Source: Bdellovibrionales bacterium (GTDB lineage: Bacteria > Bdellovibrionota > Bdellovibrionia > Bdellovibrionales > UBA1609). From it: a stretch of DNA of 64,000 bases. The stretch spans positions 102,282-166,281 of the forward strand of contig DAHVQG010000007.1 in the NCBI GenBank assembly GCA_027317865.1. The letters are read 5' to 3'. Every line of letters starts with the position of its first letter. Positions within the stretch are counted from its first letter, which is position 1. The notes below the pieces were generated by a model that had not been told where the DNA came from, made no database searches, and saw only the letters and a program-made list of their open reading frames with translations. Position numbers and translations under genes: made by a program. Shown here one piece after another: positions 28,589 through 37,445 of the stretch.

Positions 28589-30001
28589 CGAAAATTCCAG
28601 CGTAGCAGAAGTGCCATTATCCGGTTGGCTGACGATGGTGGCCCTCCCTTTGTGGAGATTCATAATCGATTTAACGATTGTTAGTCCCAGTCCGTGGCCG
28701 GTCACAGGGCCATTTTTTAATACGCCTTTGCCACGATAAAACCGGTCGAAAACAAATGGGAGATCTTCGGGTGGGATGCCCGCGCCCTCGTCAGTCACTG
28801 TTATAACTATATTGTCGCGCGTTTGCCGGCCGCTTACTATTACAGATCCGCCTTGCGGCGAATATTTGATGGCGTTTGATAAAAGATTAGAAATGGCACG
28901 TTCAAGCAGAGTGCGTTCGGCAAACAGTTGGAGGGTCGGTTCTATTTCAACTTTGAGCTGTACGCGTTTTTCGTCCGCAAGCCCTTGAAAAAATTCGACT
29001 AGCTTTTCAACGGTGTCGCGAACCTTTACGCTTTCGATGCGCAGATTTTGATCGGGCGACTCCGCCTTGGCGACAAACAATAATCGTTCGACAATTTCCG
29101 CAATCCGGCGCATTTCTTCAAGGTTCGAAAAAAGTGCCTCTCGGTATTCTTCGGTCGTGCGCGGCCGACTGAGCTGGATCTCGGTTGAACTTGTTATATT
29201 CATAATTGGCGCTTTGAGTTCATGGGCGATGTCGGCAGAAAACCTTGAAAGGCGATCGAACGCGTCTTCGATTTTTTCGAGCATGGCATTGAACGTTTGA
29301 ATGAGTTCCACAAGCTCTTGCGGCAAATGATCAGATGGGAGCCGGTCATGAAGAGCAGTCTGCCACTTGCGGATGCGCGCGATCACCGAACGCAACGGCA
29401 CAAACGCAGATCGCGATAAATACCATGACCACAAGACCGAGAATACGCCGGTGACCAAAAATATGATCCAAAAAAGTTTATAGTAGTGATTGAGGAGCTT
29501 TTGGTGTTGTGACAAATCGGTTGCAAATTGAAATGTTGCATTTTTGAGTGTGGGGTCATGAGTCCTGATATGCGTTGTAAAAACCAAATAACTTTGACCG
29601 TTAAGAACGCGTACGACCGGTTTTTTGGTGTCGTTCTTTATTTTAAAAAGCGGCGTCAGTTTTTGTTGTTTGATTTCGGATGACGCAACAATGACGGCGC
29701 CTTTGCCGTTGAGCACACGCAAATAGGCCAGCTCACCGCGACGGGCTTGCCAGCCATTTTCAATTTGCGGAATTAATCGTTCAAGCGAACCCGGTCGTTG
29801 CAACGTGAAGGTCAGCGCTTCAATACGGTTGTTCATGTCAATGACCGCTTCGCCAAGCATAAACTGTTTGAGCTCGGCGTGCGCAGCTGTCGCGATAATG
29901 GCACCGGCAATCAAAAGGTTAAGCCCGAACCAAAGCGTGACTCTTGAAGTAAACGAGTAAGATCTTTTTTTAGACCTGTCGGTTTGTGGGACGCGCATCA
30001 A
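28514..30001 (-). CDS. Heavy-metal-type sensor histidine kinase (CusS/CzcS-like)
   Basis: Two TMs, HAMP domain, FSADIAHELKAP H-box, NLLSNAIKY, DEGAGI, FDRFYR, GLGLTIV. Confidence 0.9.
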   Translation of the reverse strand: MMRVPQTDRSKKRSYSFTSRVTLWFGLNLLIAGAIIATAAHAELKQFMLGEAVIDMNNRIEALTFTLQRPGSLERLIPQIENGWQARRGELAYLRVLNGKGAVIVASSEIKQQKLTPLFKIKNDTKKPVVRVLNGQSYLVFTTHIRTHDPTLKNATFQFATDLSQHQKLLNHYYKLFWIIFLVTGVFSVLWSWYLSRSAFVPLRSVIARIRKWQTALHDRLPSDHLPQELVELIQTFNAMLEKIEDAFDRLSRFSADIAHELKAPIMNITSSTEIQLSRPRTTEEYREALFSNLEEMRRIAEIVERLLFVAKAESPDQNLRIESVKVRDTVEKLVEFFQGLADEKRVQLKVEIEPTLQLFAERTLLERAISNLLSNAIKYSPQGGSVIVSGRQTRDNIVITVTDEGAGIPPEDLPFVFDRFYRGKGVLKNGPVTGHGLGLTIVKSIMNLHKGRATIVSQPDNGTSATLEFSLEIQRKFGSGASVAENTANFSPYT

Positions 30002-30678
30002 GCACTTGCGGGTTCACGCAAAACATAACCCATCCCGCGGACGGTATGAATCAGTTTTGATCCAAACGGGTCGTCAATTTTAGACCGTAGCCGGCGCATG
30101 TGAACATCGACGACGTTCGTTTCGCTTTCAAAATTGATGCCCCAAACTTGTTCGGCCAAAACCGAACGCGATATGATCTCGCCTTTGCGCCGAGCCAGTA
30201 AGCCTAAAATAGAAAATTCTTTTGGAGTCAGATCAACTAATCGACCTTGCCGCAGTACTTTGCGTTGAAAAAAATTAATTTGCAAATCGGCGACATGCAA
30301 AGCTTCTGGGTTTTGTTGCGTACTTCGCCGCAGAAGTGATTTCACGAGCGCCACTAGTTCGGGAAATGCAAAAGGCTTTATCAAGTAAGCATCAGCACCT
30401 AAATTCAGGCCCTTTACGCGATCGTCGAGTTGATCACGCGCCGTCAGCATGAGAGTCAGCGTTTGCTTGTTGCGATTTCGCAGCTCCGTGATAACCGCCC
30501 ATCCGTCTTTTTTCGGCATCATGACGTCCAAGATCAAAAGGTCGTAACTGGATTGCTCTGCACGCAAAAGTCCCTCTTCGCCGTCGTTTGCGACATCGAC
30601 TTCGAAGCCGGCTTCGCTAAGCCCCTGTTGAAGTGACTGTGCCGTTTTGATTTCATCCTCAATGACGAGTATGCGCAT
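29998..30678 (-). CDS. Heavy-metal-type OmpR family response regulator (CusR/CzcR-like)
   Basis: LILDVMMP, LTARD, GADAYLIKPF, LTPKEF, VWGINFESETNVVDV..RRLRSKIDDPF, IHTVRGMGY. Confidence 0.93.
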   Translation of the reverse strand: MRILVIEDEIKTAQSLQQGLSEAGFEVDVANDGEEGLLRAEQSSYDLLILDVMMPKKDGWAVITELRNRNKQTLTLMLTARDQLDDRVKGLNLGADAYLIKPFAFPELVALVKSLLRRSTQQNPEALHVADLQINFFQRKVLRQGRLVDLTPKEFSILGLLARRKGEIISRSVLAEQVWGINFESETNVVDVHMRRLRSKIDDPFGSKLIHTVRGMGYVLREPASA

Positions 30679-30753
30679 CGAATGCCTCCTCTTAATGAAT
30701 TGAGTTATGATCGTGATTCAATGGTTTGTATAGATACAGCGTCGCATGTCATA

Positions 30754-30769
30754 ATGAATAATTTGTCAC
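30754..30769. promoter_or_regulatory. Possible CusR/CopR-type box upstream of the response regulator
   Basis: ATGAATAATTTGTCAC matches 11 of 14 defined positions of ATGACAAnnTTGTCAT, about 75 nt upstream of the regulator start. Confidence 0.4.
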
Positions 30770-30938
30770 AAAATCAAGCGGTAAATGGGAGCGTCACCAT
30801 GTGATACCACTGACGAAACTTCGCGAAAATCGGCTTCAAAAATGTGGGTATGAATACGCGCTCAAATCGCGCGGTTCACAGACCGCGCATTGACGTGCTT
30901 GAACGGTTCGGCCTGAACCCTGCCGTTTCGGCTGTGCC

Positions 30939-30967
30939 TTGATTGCGAGACAATAGGAGAATAGACT
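30939..30967 (+). promoter_or_regulatory. sigma70 promoter, likely leaderless transcript of the O-antigen ligase gene
   Basis: TTGATT-17 nt-TAGACT, then 7 nt to ATG 30975. Confidence 0.55.
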
Positions 30968-30974
30968 GGCCGGA

Positions 30975-32279
30975 ATGCGAATATTTAAACGCCTCCTATC
31001 GGTTTTCTTTGTGCTCTATTGCGTGAGTTTGGCGACGACAATGGCCGGAATGGAGACTTTTGGTTACGGTCTTGCCATTTTCGTGTTTGCCTACATGGCA
31101 TTGAACTGGAAGAACCCGTCCGTGCACTTTCCGCGGCTGAGCCCGAATTTTAGCGTTGAATGGGCCATGATTCTTATGGTGTTGGTGGCTATTGTTGGTG
31201 CGATAGCAAGCCCGCATCTACCGGTAAAGGATCGCATCGATTGCGTCGGGCAGCAGCGCTGGATGTTACTTCTCTATGCTTTAACCGCGTGTTTGGCTGT
31301 TTTATCGCTCGACAATCCAAACTCGTTGCCAAAAGCTTTTTGGATTCTGTTTGTGTGTTTCGCCGTCGCGGTGCTCTTTGGAATATTTCAATCTTTGTTT
31401 AATGTTGGGTTCTTTTTTCGCCCCGCTTACACGAGGCCGCCCGACACTTTCGGGCCGCTCACAATTTATCGGGCTCGCGGCTTCTTTTCGAATTGCATGT
31501 CATTTGCATATTCTCTGGGGCAAGTCGCGTGTTTCGCATTTGCGTTTGCATTGGCGGCGGATATACCGCCAAAGATTCGACGGCTGCTTTATGCATTTTT
31601 CATTTGGTTTGTGATCGGAATTTGTTTTACTTTCACTCGGGGCGCATGGCTGGGTTCAATTTTAGCGTTTGTCGCTATGGGGTTATTGTGGAACAAAAAA
31701 GTGGGAATCCAAATTATCGTGGCAATAGCGGCGTTGATCGCCATCGGTTCAATTGTTTCACCCGGCGTACGGTTTCGTCTCAAAAGTATTTTTCATACCC
31801 ATAGTGATGTCTCGATCGAGCAGCGGTTTCAAGTGTGGCGGGTTAATTTGCAAATGTTCAAAGACCATCCACTATTTGGGATCGGGTACGGCTACAATTA
31901 CTACTACACTCCCGAATATAATTTGAAGGTGTTGGGGCACCCTGGATTTAACGGCAACGCACACGACAATTATCTCGAAGTTTTAGCCGGTTCAGGGGTT
32001 TTTGGATTTGTTCTGTGGCTATTTATTTGTGGATATTTTTTCTGGCGAACCTGGATATTATATCGAAATTCGAGCAATGGCAGTTGGGCCAAGGCGATCG
32101 GCTTGGGTGGTTTGGGTGCGCAAATATTTTTTCATTTTGGCGGGCTGACACAGACCACTTTTTTTGACGCGAAAAACGTGCACGTATTAATGTTAGGGTG
32201 GGCGTTTGTACTGGCGCACGATATTGCCAACCGGCGTAGCGCAAATCGCGCCACGGTGATTGAGGGAAGGCCGGCATGA
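30975..32279 (+). CDS. O-antigen ligase (WaaL/Wzy_C) family protein
   Basis: About 12 TMs, RARGFFSN, TFTRGAWL, R..VW......HPLFGIG, NAHDNYLEVLA..G. Confidence 0.88.
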   Translation: MRIFKRLLSVFFVLYCVSLATTMAGMETFGYGLAIFVFAYMALNWKNPSVHFPRLSPNFSVEWAMILMVLVAIVGAIASPHLPVKDRIDCVGQQRWMLLLYALTACLAVLSLDNPNSLPKAFWILFVCFAVAVLFGIFQSLFNVGFFFRPAYTRPPDTFGPLTIYRARGFFSNCMSFAYSLGQVACFAFAFALAADIPPKIRRLLYAFFIWFVIGICFTFTRGAWLGSILAFVAMGLLWNKKVGIQIIVAIAALIAIGSIVSPGVRFRLKSIFHTHSDVSIEQRFQVWRVNLQMFKDHPLFGIGYGYNYYYTPEYNLKVLGHPGFNGNAHDNYLEVLAGSGVFGFVLWLFICGYFFWRTWILYRNSSNGSWAKAIGLGGLGAQIFFHFGGLTQTTFFDAKNVHVLMLGWAFVLAHDIANRRSANRATVIEGRPA

Positions 32280-33304
32280 TTACGGGAGCAATTGTCACAG
32301 GCGGCGCGGGATTTATCGGTTCGCACTTATGCGAGTCGCTTTTGGCGCGTGGCCTACCGGTAGTTTCGGTTGATAATTATTCGACAGGATTGCGTGAAAA
32401 TTCGGAGCATCTCCAAAAGTTGCGCGCATCGCAAAATTTTTTGTCTATTGAAGCCGACGTGATTGAGCCTTGGTCATGGCAAAAACAAATTCCGAATGAA
32501 TGGTTCAATAAAATAAGCCACGTGTTTCATTTCGCCTCACCGGCATCGCCGCCGCTTTATCAAGAATTGGCTTTTTCTACATTATGGGTAAACACTTTGG
32601 GTTTAAAAAATGCGTTGGAGTTTGCCGATTCGCTTGCACCTGCAGGGAGTGACCGTGGCGCTCGTGTCATTTTTGCGTCGACAAGTGAAATTTACGGCGA
32701 CCCGAGCGTGAGCCCGCAACCCGAAACTTTTTGGGGGAACGTGAATAGTTTTGGAGTTCGCTCTTGTTACGACGAAAGTAAACGGTTTGGCGAAGCGCTG
32801 ATATTCACGCACAATTGGAAGAAAAACACTCGTCACGGCCTTGTTCGAATTTTTAACACGTACGGGCCGCGAATGAACCCGCACGACGGCCGAGTGGTGA
32901 TCAATTTTCTGGTTCAAGCGCTCAAAAATCAGCCGCTCACGGTCTACGGCGACGGTCATCAAACGCGCAGCTTTTGTTATATCGATGATTTGGCTGATGG
33001 AATTTTACGCTATGCCGATTCGAATTTGACGGAACCCGTGAACCTAGGCAATGACACCGAGTTTACGGTGTTACAGTTGGCACAAACAGTGCAGTCTCTT
33101 ATTCGTGAACTAAGTGCGGGTTCGGCTCAGAAAGAATTGCCGATTGTTTTTAAGCCGCTACCCAAGGACGATCCCAAACAGCGCCGCCCTGATTTAGCGC
33201 GGGCACGCGAGAAGCTCGCCCCATGGCAGCCGAATATTTCATTGCGTGAAGGTCTTGAGCGCACTTACGAATGGCTAAGTAACAATTTGCGTCTCTCAAA
33301 TTAA
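32276..33304 (+). CDS. UDP-glucuronate decarboxylase (UDP-xylose synthase)-like NAD-dependent epimerase/dehydratase
   Basis: TGGAGFIGSHL, HFASPASP..Y, ASTSEIYGDP, RSCYDESKR, RIFNTYGPRM, DDPKQRRPD. Confidence 0.92.
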   Translation: MITGAIVTGGAGFIGSHLCESLLARGLPVVSVDNYSTGLRENSEHLQKLRASQNFLSIEADVIEPWSWQKQIPNEWFNKISHVFHFASPASPPLYQELAFSTLWVNTLGLKNALEFADSLAPAGSDRGARVIFASTSEIYGDPSVSPQPETFWGNVNSFGVRSCYDESKRFGEALIFTHNWKKNTRHGLVRIFNTYGPRMNPHDGRVVINFLVQALKNQPLTVYGDGHQTRSFCYIDDLADGILRYADSNLTEPVNLGNDTEFTVLQLAQTVQSLIRELSAGSAQKELPIVFKPLPKDDPKQRRPDLARAREKLAPWQPNISLREGLERTYEWLSNNLRLSN

Positions 33305-33375
33305 AAAAATATTAGAAACTATTTCACGAATGTCCGCTAAATCGACACAAACGTGCGCCCACGTCATGCAATCGC

Positions 33376-33391
33376 GGGCACAGGACTTGCT
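33376..33391 (+). promoter_or_regulatory. sigma54 (-24/-12) promoter for the 33431 gene
   Basis: GGGCACAGGACTTGCT = GGCAC-N5-TTGCT with exact GG-N10-GC spacing, 40 nt upstream of the ATG. Confidence 0.65.
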
Positions 33392-33430
33392 CAAATTCAT
33401 ATCATGAACTGTTAGCTGGGGGATGGATTT

Positions 33431-34360
33431 ATGAGCAATAAGCAAACTCTTTCAACACTTATCTTTTTCACCTGCCTGCTCGCACTTTCGACGATTATGC
33501 TATTTACAACTATTGCGAAAGCGGCTTCTAAAAAAAATGCTAAAGAAATCGAAAGGTGGGGGACGATCCCAACCTTATTTGCAAAAGCCGGCATTTACGG
33601 AAGTGAATTCAACCTGAGAACTCAATTTAGTTTAGATGAAAGCATCGGGCTCAAAAAAGTCGAAAAATTATTGCGAAGTGAAGATCTAATTAAAAAATAT
33701 ATTCCCGACGTTCAGTCGGCACAATTTACTCAACCGGGGCCCGGCGGATTTTTTAATTTTCGAGTTAGTATTGCGAATTTTTGGGGCAAAAAATTTGCAA
33801 TCTCATTTAAGTGTCGCGACGTGCACAAAAAGGGCGAATCGAAAACCGTGTTGGATCAAGACTGCTTTGAACAACAGACAAATAAAAGTTCGCGCGTGCT
33901 TACCCATGCTGTTTTTACGACCGACTGTTTTCAAATCAAATCGCTTAATACGCAAAATGATGGATTTGGTTCGCGCCATCCGGGTTTGCAGTGCGATTTC
34001 GGGCTCGGTGGAAAAATGCACGGCATACATTCGTGGTTTTCGGGATCGACGCCTGGATCGACAATCGCTTATAACGTGTTTACCGCGCTGACCTCTTATA
34101 CCGCGCAACTGGGTATGCGCGCAGGGGGCAACCTTGGCCCTTGCCCGCATAGCGACGGCGATTATTTGAGTTGCACTGTTTTTGACAATCAAATTCACCA
34201 ACTCAAAGCGCGAAAACGAGGACTCAAGACAGTCTCTCCCACGCAAACATACGTCGTAACACTCAATCCGGCTGGAGTTGTTCAAGCGAACGTTTGGTAC
34301 GGCGATTATGCGGTTGAGTCTTATACTGATATGGTCGCGAGTAATCAGTCGGGGATGTGA
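33431..34360 (+). CDS. Hypothetical secreted protein (Cys-containing, possibly SRPBCC-like fold)
   Basis: 309-aa ORF, signal peptide ending AKA-A, six Cys in the mature part; no firm family. Confidence 0.7.
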   Translation: MSNKQTLSTLIFFTCLLALSTIMLFTTIAKAASKKNAKEIERWGTIPTLFAKAGIYGSEFNLRTQFSLDESIGLKKVEKLLRSEDLIKKYIPDVQSAQFTQPGPGGFFNFRVSIANFWGKKFAISFKCRDVHKKGESKTVLDQDCFEQQTNKSSRVLTHAVFTTDCFQIKSLNTQNDGFGSRHPGLQCDFGLGGKMHGIHSWFSGSTPGSTIAYNVFTALTSYTAQLGMRAGGNLGPCPHSDGDYLSCTVFDNQIHQLKARKRGLKTVSPTQTYVVTLNPAGVVQANVWYGDYAVESYTDMVASNQSGM

Positions 34361-34480
34361 CAAACTTTTAAACAGATGAAAGTGACTGAATTCCGCAACT
34401 TAACTCGACCGGACAAATTGGCCTTTAGTCGGGTTTTACGATAAACTGTTCAACAGGTGGGCGGAAAACGAGAATGAACA

Positions 34481-34711
34481 ATGGAAAGACCCTTATATTT
34501 TCGAAGATGCCACATCTGTGGCGGTGTCACTGAGCGCGAAGGTCATAAGCCGATTGATTATTGCGATCACTGCGGTAAACCTATGGCGCGCTTTCATTAC
34601 TTTGACGACCGGGTAACTCCGGTAATAAGCGACCGCACGCTTCGTGCCCCTGAGCTACCGGGCGAATTTTCACCATTGCACGGGCTTACGGTTTATTGGG
34701 AAAGTTTTTAG
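34481..34711 (+). CDS. Small zinc-ribbon protein
   Basis: RRCHICG and YCDHCGKP CxxC pairs; 76 aa. Confidence 0.7.
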   Translation: MERPLYFRRCHICGGVTEREGHKPIDYCDHCGKPMARFHYFDDRVTPVISDRTLRAPELPGEFSPLHGLTVYWESF

Positions 34712-34749
34712 GTGACATTTCACGCATTCCATCGCGTGGTGCCAATCGC

Positions 34750-34778
34750 TTGACTCAATGTTAAGCTGCGGCCACGAT
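34750..34778 (+). promoter_or_regulatory. sigma70 promoter, likely leaderless ilvA transcript
   Basis: TTGACT-17 nt-CACGAT, then 6 nt to ATG 34785; no SD. Confidence 0.5.
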
Positions 34779-34784
34779 GGCGAA

Positions 34785-35990
34785 ATGAAAATCACATTAG
34801 CCGATATTGAAGCTGCCCGCGAGCGAATTGCGGGGGTCGCCAATCGCACACCGATCGAGTATTCGGCAACGGCGAGCAAACGTATCGGCGTTGAGGCCTA
34901 TTTTAAATTTGAAAATTTGCAACGGACAGGAAGTTTCAAAATTCGTGGCGCCCTTAACAAAATTTCGACTTTGACTGACTCCGAAAAAAAACGCGGCGTG
35001 ATTGCCGCGTCGGCGGGCAACCATGCGCAAGGGGTTGCGCTCAGTGCGACGTTACTCCAAGTTTCGTCGACGATCGTGATGCCTAAAAACTCCTCTATTA
35101 TCAAACAAGAGGCGACACGCAATTACGGGGCGCAGGTGGTTTTGCACGGTGATTTTTACGATGAAGCCTATCAGCATGCGCGCGAAATTGAAAAGAAAAC
35201 GGGCGCTGTATTTATTCACGCTTTTGAAGATCCCCATATAATGGCGGGTCAAGGTACAATTGGTCTTGAAATCTTAGAAGACCTGCCGGATCTCGATTCT
35301 GTCGTCGTGGCAATCGGCGGCGGCGGAATGATTTCAGGAATTGCGACAGCCATTAAAGCAAAGCGGCCGACAGTAAAAGTGTTCGGCGCGGTTGCCGCCA
35401 ATGCTCCCGCAATGGCTGAAATGTTTCGTGGCCAAACGCCGGTTGCGAGACCGACGTGTATGTCGATTGCCGACGGCATAGCCGTTAAAACTCCCAGTGA
35501 AACAATGTTTAAGAATTTTGTTAAACCACTTGTGGACGATATCGTGACAATTAGTGAAGACGACATCGCGGAATCGGTTGTATTTCTTCTTGAACGTTGC
35601 AAATCGGTAGCCGAAGGTTCGGGCGCTATTACGCTCGCCGCGGCAAAACAATTGGGTGCGCGTCTGGGTAAAAACACGTGCATCGTTGTGAGCGGCGGCA
35701 ACATCGATCTCACCTTGATGGAAGAGATTCTCGATCGCGGTCTGACTCGAAACGGTCGTCGAACGAAAATTTCAGTGGTGGTCGACGACCGGCCGGGTTC
35801 GCTTCTCAAATTAACCAAAATTGTGTCGCAAAGCGGGGCTAATATTATTCAAGTTGAGCACGACCGCGTGGATCCGGCTCTTCAAATTCGAGAGACCCGA
35901 ATTTCATTTATTCTTGAGACAAAAAATCGCGATCACATCGAAGAAATTCGCGCAGCGCTCAGGCTCGAAGGCGTTCGTATACTACTCTGA
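34785..35990 (+). CDS. ilvA: Threonine ammonia-lyase with C-terminal ACT domain
   Basis: ENLQRTGSFKIRGA (PLP Lys), ASAGNHAQG, GGGGMISG, SGGNID, DRPGSL ACT domain; start moved to ATG 34785. Confidence 0.92.
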   Translation: MKITLADIEAARERIAGVANRTPIEYSATASKRIGVEAYFKFENLQRTGSFKIRGALNKISTLTDSEKKRGVIAASAGNHAQGVALSATLLQVSSTIVMPKNSSIIKQEATRNYGAQVVLHGDFYDEAYQHAREIEKKTGAVFIHAFEDPHIMAGQGTIGLEILEDLPDLDSVVVAIGGGGMISGIATAIKAKRPTVKVFGAVAANAPAMAEMFRGQTPVARPTCMSIADGIAVKTPSETMFKNFVKPLVDDIVTISEDDIAESVVFLLERCKSVAEGSGAITLAAAKQLGARLGKNTCIVVSGGNIDLTLMEEILDRGLTRNGRRTKISVVVDDRPGSLLKLTKIVSQSGANIIQVEHDRVDPALQIRETRISFILETKNRDHIEEIRAALRLEGVRILL

Positions 35991-37445
35991 ATTGGCACCA
36001 AATCCGCCGCCGCCGCCTGATAAAAGAGTAATAATGTCACCCTTTTGTACGGTTTGTTCGCCAACTGAGGGTAAAATTGTTTTTTGCCCGTTTGCTGACT
36101 GTACAACAATTTCAGCGTCTTGACCCGACTTACCACCGTCGAGGCCTTCGGCTCGATTTGGGGGGCGCAAATAGTTCCAGCTCATTTTCACCGGCTGGAG
36201 AATTTTGAACGATTCGGCCGCGCCTTGACCGCCGGCGAAGCGGCCGCCGCCGCCCGAATGGGCGCGAATTCCACAATGAACAAATTCAATTTGATATCGA
36301 CGCTCGAGATCTTCGATCGAATAAGCGAGTAATGAAAATCGGCGCCACGCAAATCCAGAATCGAGACCGGGGGCCGAACTGGTCGCACCTAAACCAGTAG
36401 GCAGCGAAAATAACCACGGGGGGCCGTCGTTCGGTATCAATTGTAAAGAGCAGTGACTCACGCCACTCATCGCCCAACCCAATTTGCGGTCAATTCGGTA
36501 CAAAGCGAGTGAGATGATATTGGCCAAAAGATTCAGCCCATCCGTATGCCCCAGGTAGAGCGGTCGCGGAAACGACGAGTTCACCAGACTTCCTTTTGGT
36601 GCTTTGATTTCAAAACGAGAAAGCACTCCCATGTTTATGGGGATGTCCGACTTTAATAAACTCAAAAATGTTCCGACGGCGGCGCCGATAGTGGCCGAAT
36701 CAGTCATAAATAACGTCTGCCCAGCCGTGGTTCCGGTAAAATCCAAGAAAATGTGGCCGTCACGTATCTCCGCTTTCAAACGGATCGACTCTTTCCCACT
36801 CACGTCGATTTCGCTCGTGCCTACGCCTTCTGGCAGCTCATCGAGCCGACTATGAAAAGCCTGCTCAGAATCGCGCAAATAGTGCCGCCATTGAGTGCGG
36901 CTAAAATTTTCTTTGCGTAGTTCATCTTTTAATCGAGCGCGTAACTTGAGCAGTTGCGCAATCTCAGCTTCAATGCGCAGGAAAAAATCAGCGGGGAGCA
37001 GCGGGTGGCTTTTCAGTGCGTCGACGATAGTCGGATTGGGCATGCCGTTTGAGAAATAAGGCGACGGCGGGATACGCAGACCTTCATCGTCAATCGTATT
37101 GGCTGGGCCGACCTTGGCGACAAATGTCAGGCGCGACGCCACTAACAATTCGGCCGGTGCCGATTTATTTTTTGTGGTGCGCGTACCCACGCCCATGACA
37201 AGAGTGGGGGAGCAGACGACGGTACCACCCGAATACGGATCGTTCGTTATCGTGATATCCCCGTCGCGCAGGTGCAAATACTTGTGACTGACTTCTGATG
37301 CGAGTGGTAGTGTCCCGATATCGGCGAGAGACTCTGGCTTTACATAAAGCAATTCAAATTCGCTTGTCATAAGGCATGCGCGATGGAGCGGCCCAAAAAG
37401 GCTTTTAAGTTTTTCGTATATACGATAACTGTTCAACCGATCCAT
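35982..37445 (-). CDS. Hydantoinase B/oxoprolinase family protein, divergent
   Basis: GDITITNDPYSGG, EGLRIPP, DFTGT, SIEDLERRY, SGGGGRFAGGQG, GDIITLLSGGGGGFG; metal ligands appear substituted. Confidence 0.82.
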   Translation of the reverse strand: MDRLNSYRIYEKLKSLFGPLHRACLMTSEFELLYVKPESLADIGTLPLASEVSHKYLHLRDGDITITNDPYSGGTVVCSPTLVMGVGTRTTKNKSAPAELLVASRLTFVAKVGPANTIDDEGLRIPPSPYFSNGMPNPTIVDALKSHPLLPADFFLRIEAEIAQLLKLRARLKDELRKENFSRTQWRHYLRDSEQAFHSRLDELPEGVGTSEIDVSGKESIRLKAEIRDGHIFLDFTGTTAGQTLFMTDSATIGAAVGTFLSLLKSDIPINMGVLSRFEIKAPKGSLVNSSFPRPLYLGHTDGLNLLANIISLALYRIDRKLGWAMSGVSHCSLQLIPNDGPPWLFSLPTGLGATSSAPGLDSGFAWRRFSLLAYSIEDLERRYQIEFVHCGIRAHSGGGGRFAGGQGAAESFKILQPVKMSWNYLRPPNRAEGLDGGKSGQDAEIVVQSANGQKTILPSVGEQTVQKGDIITLLSGGGGGFGANSE

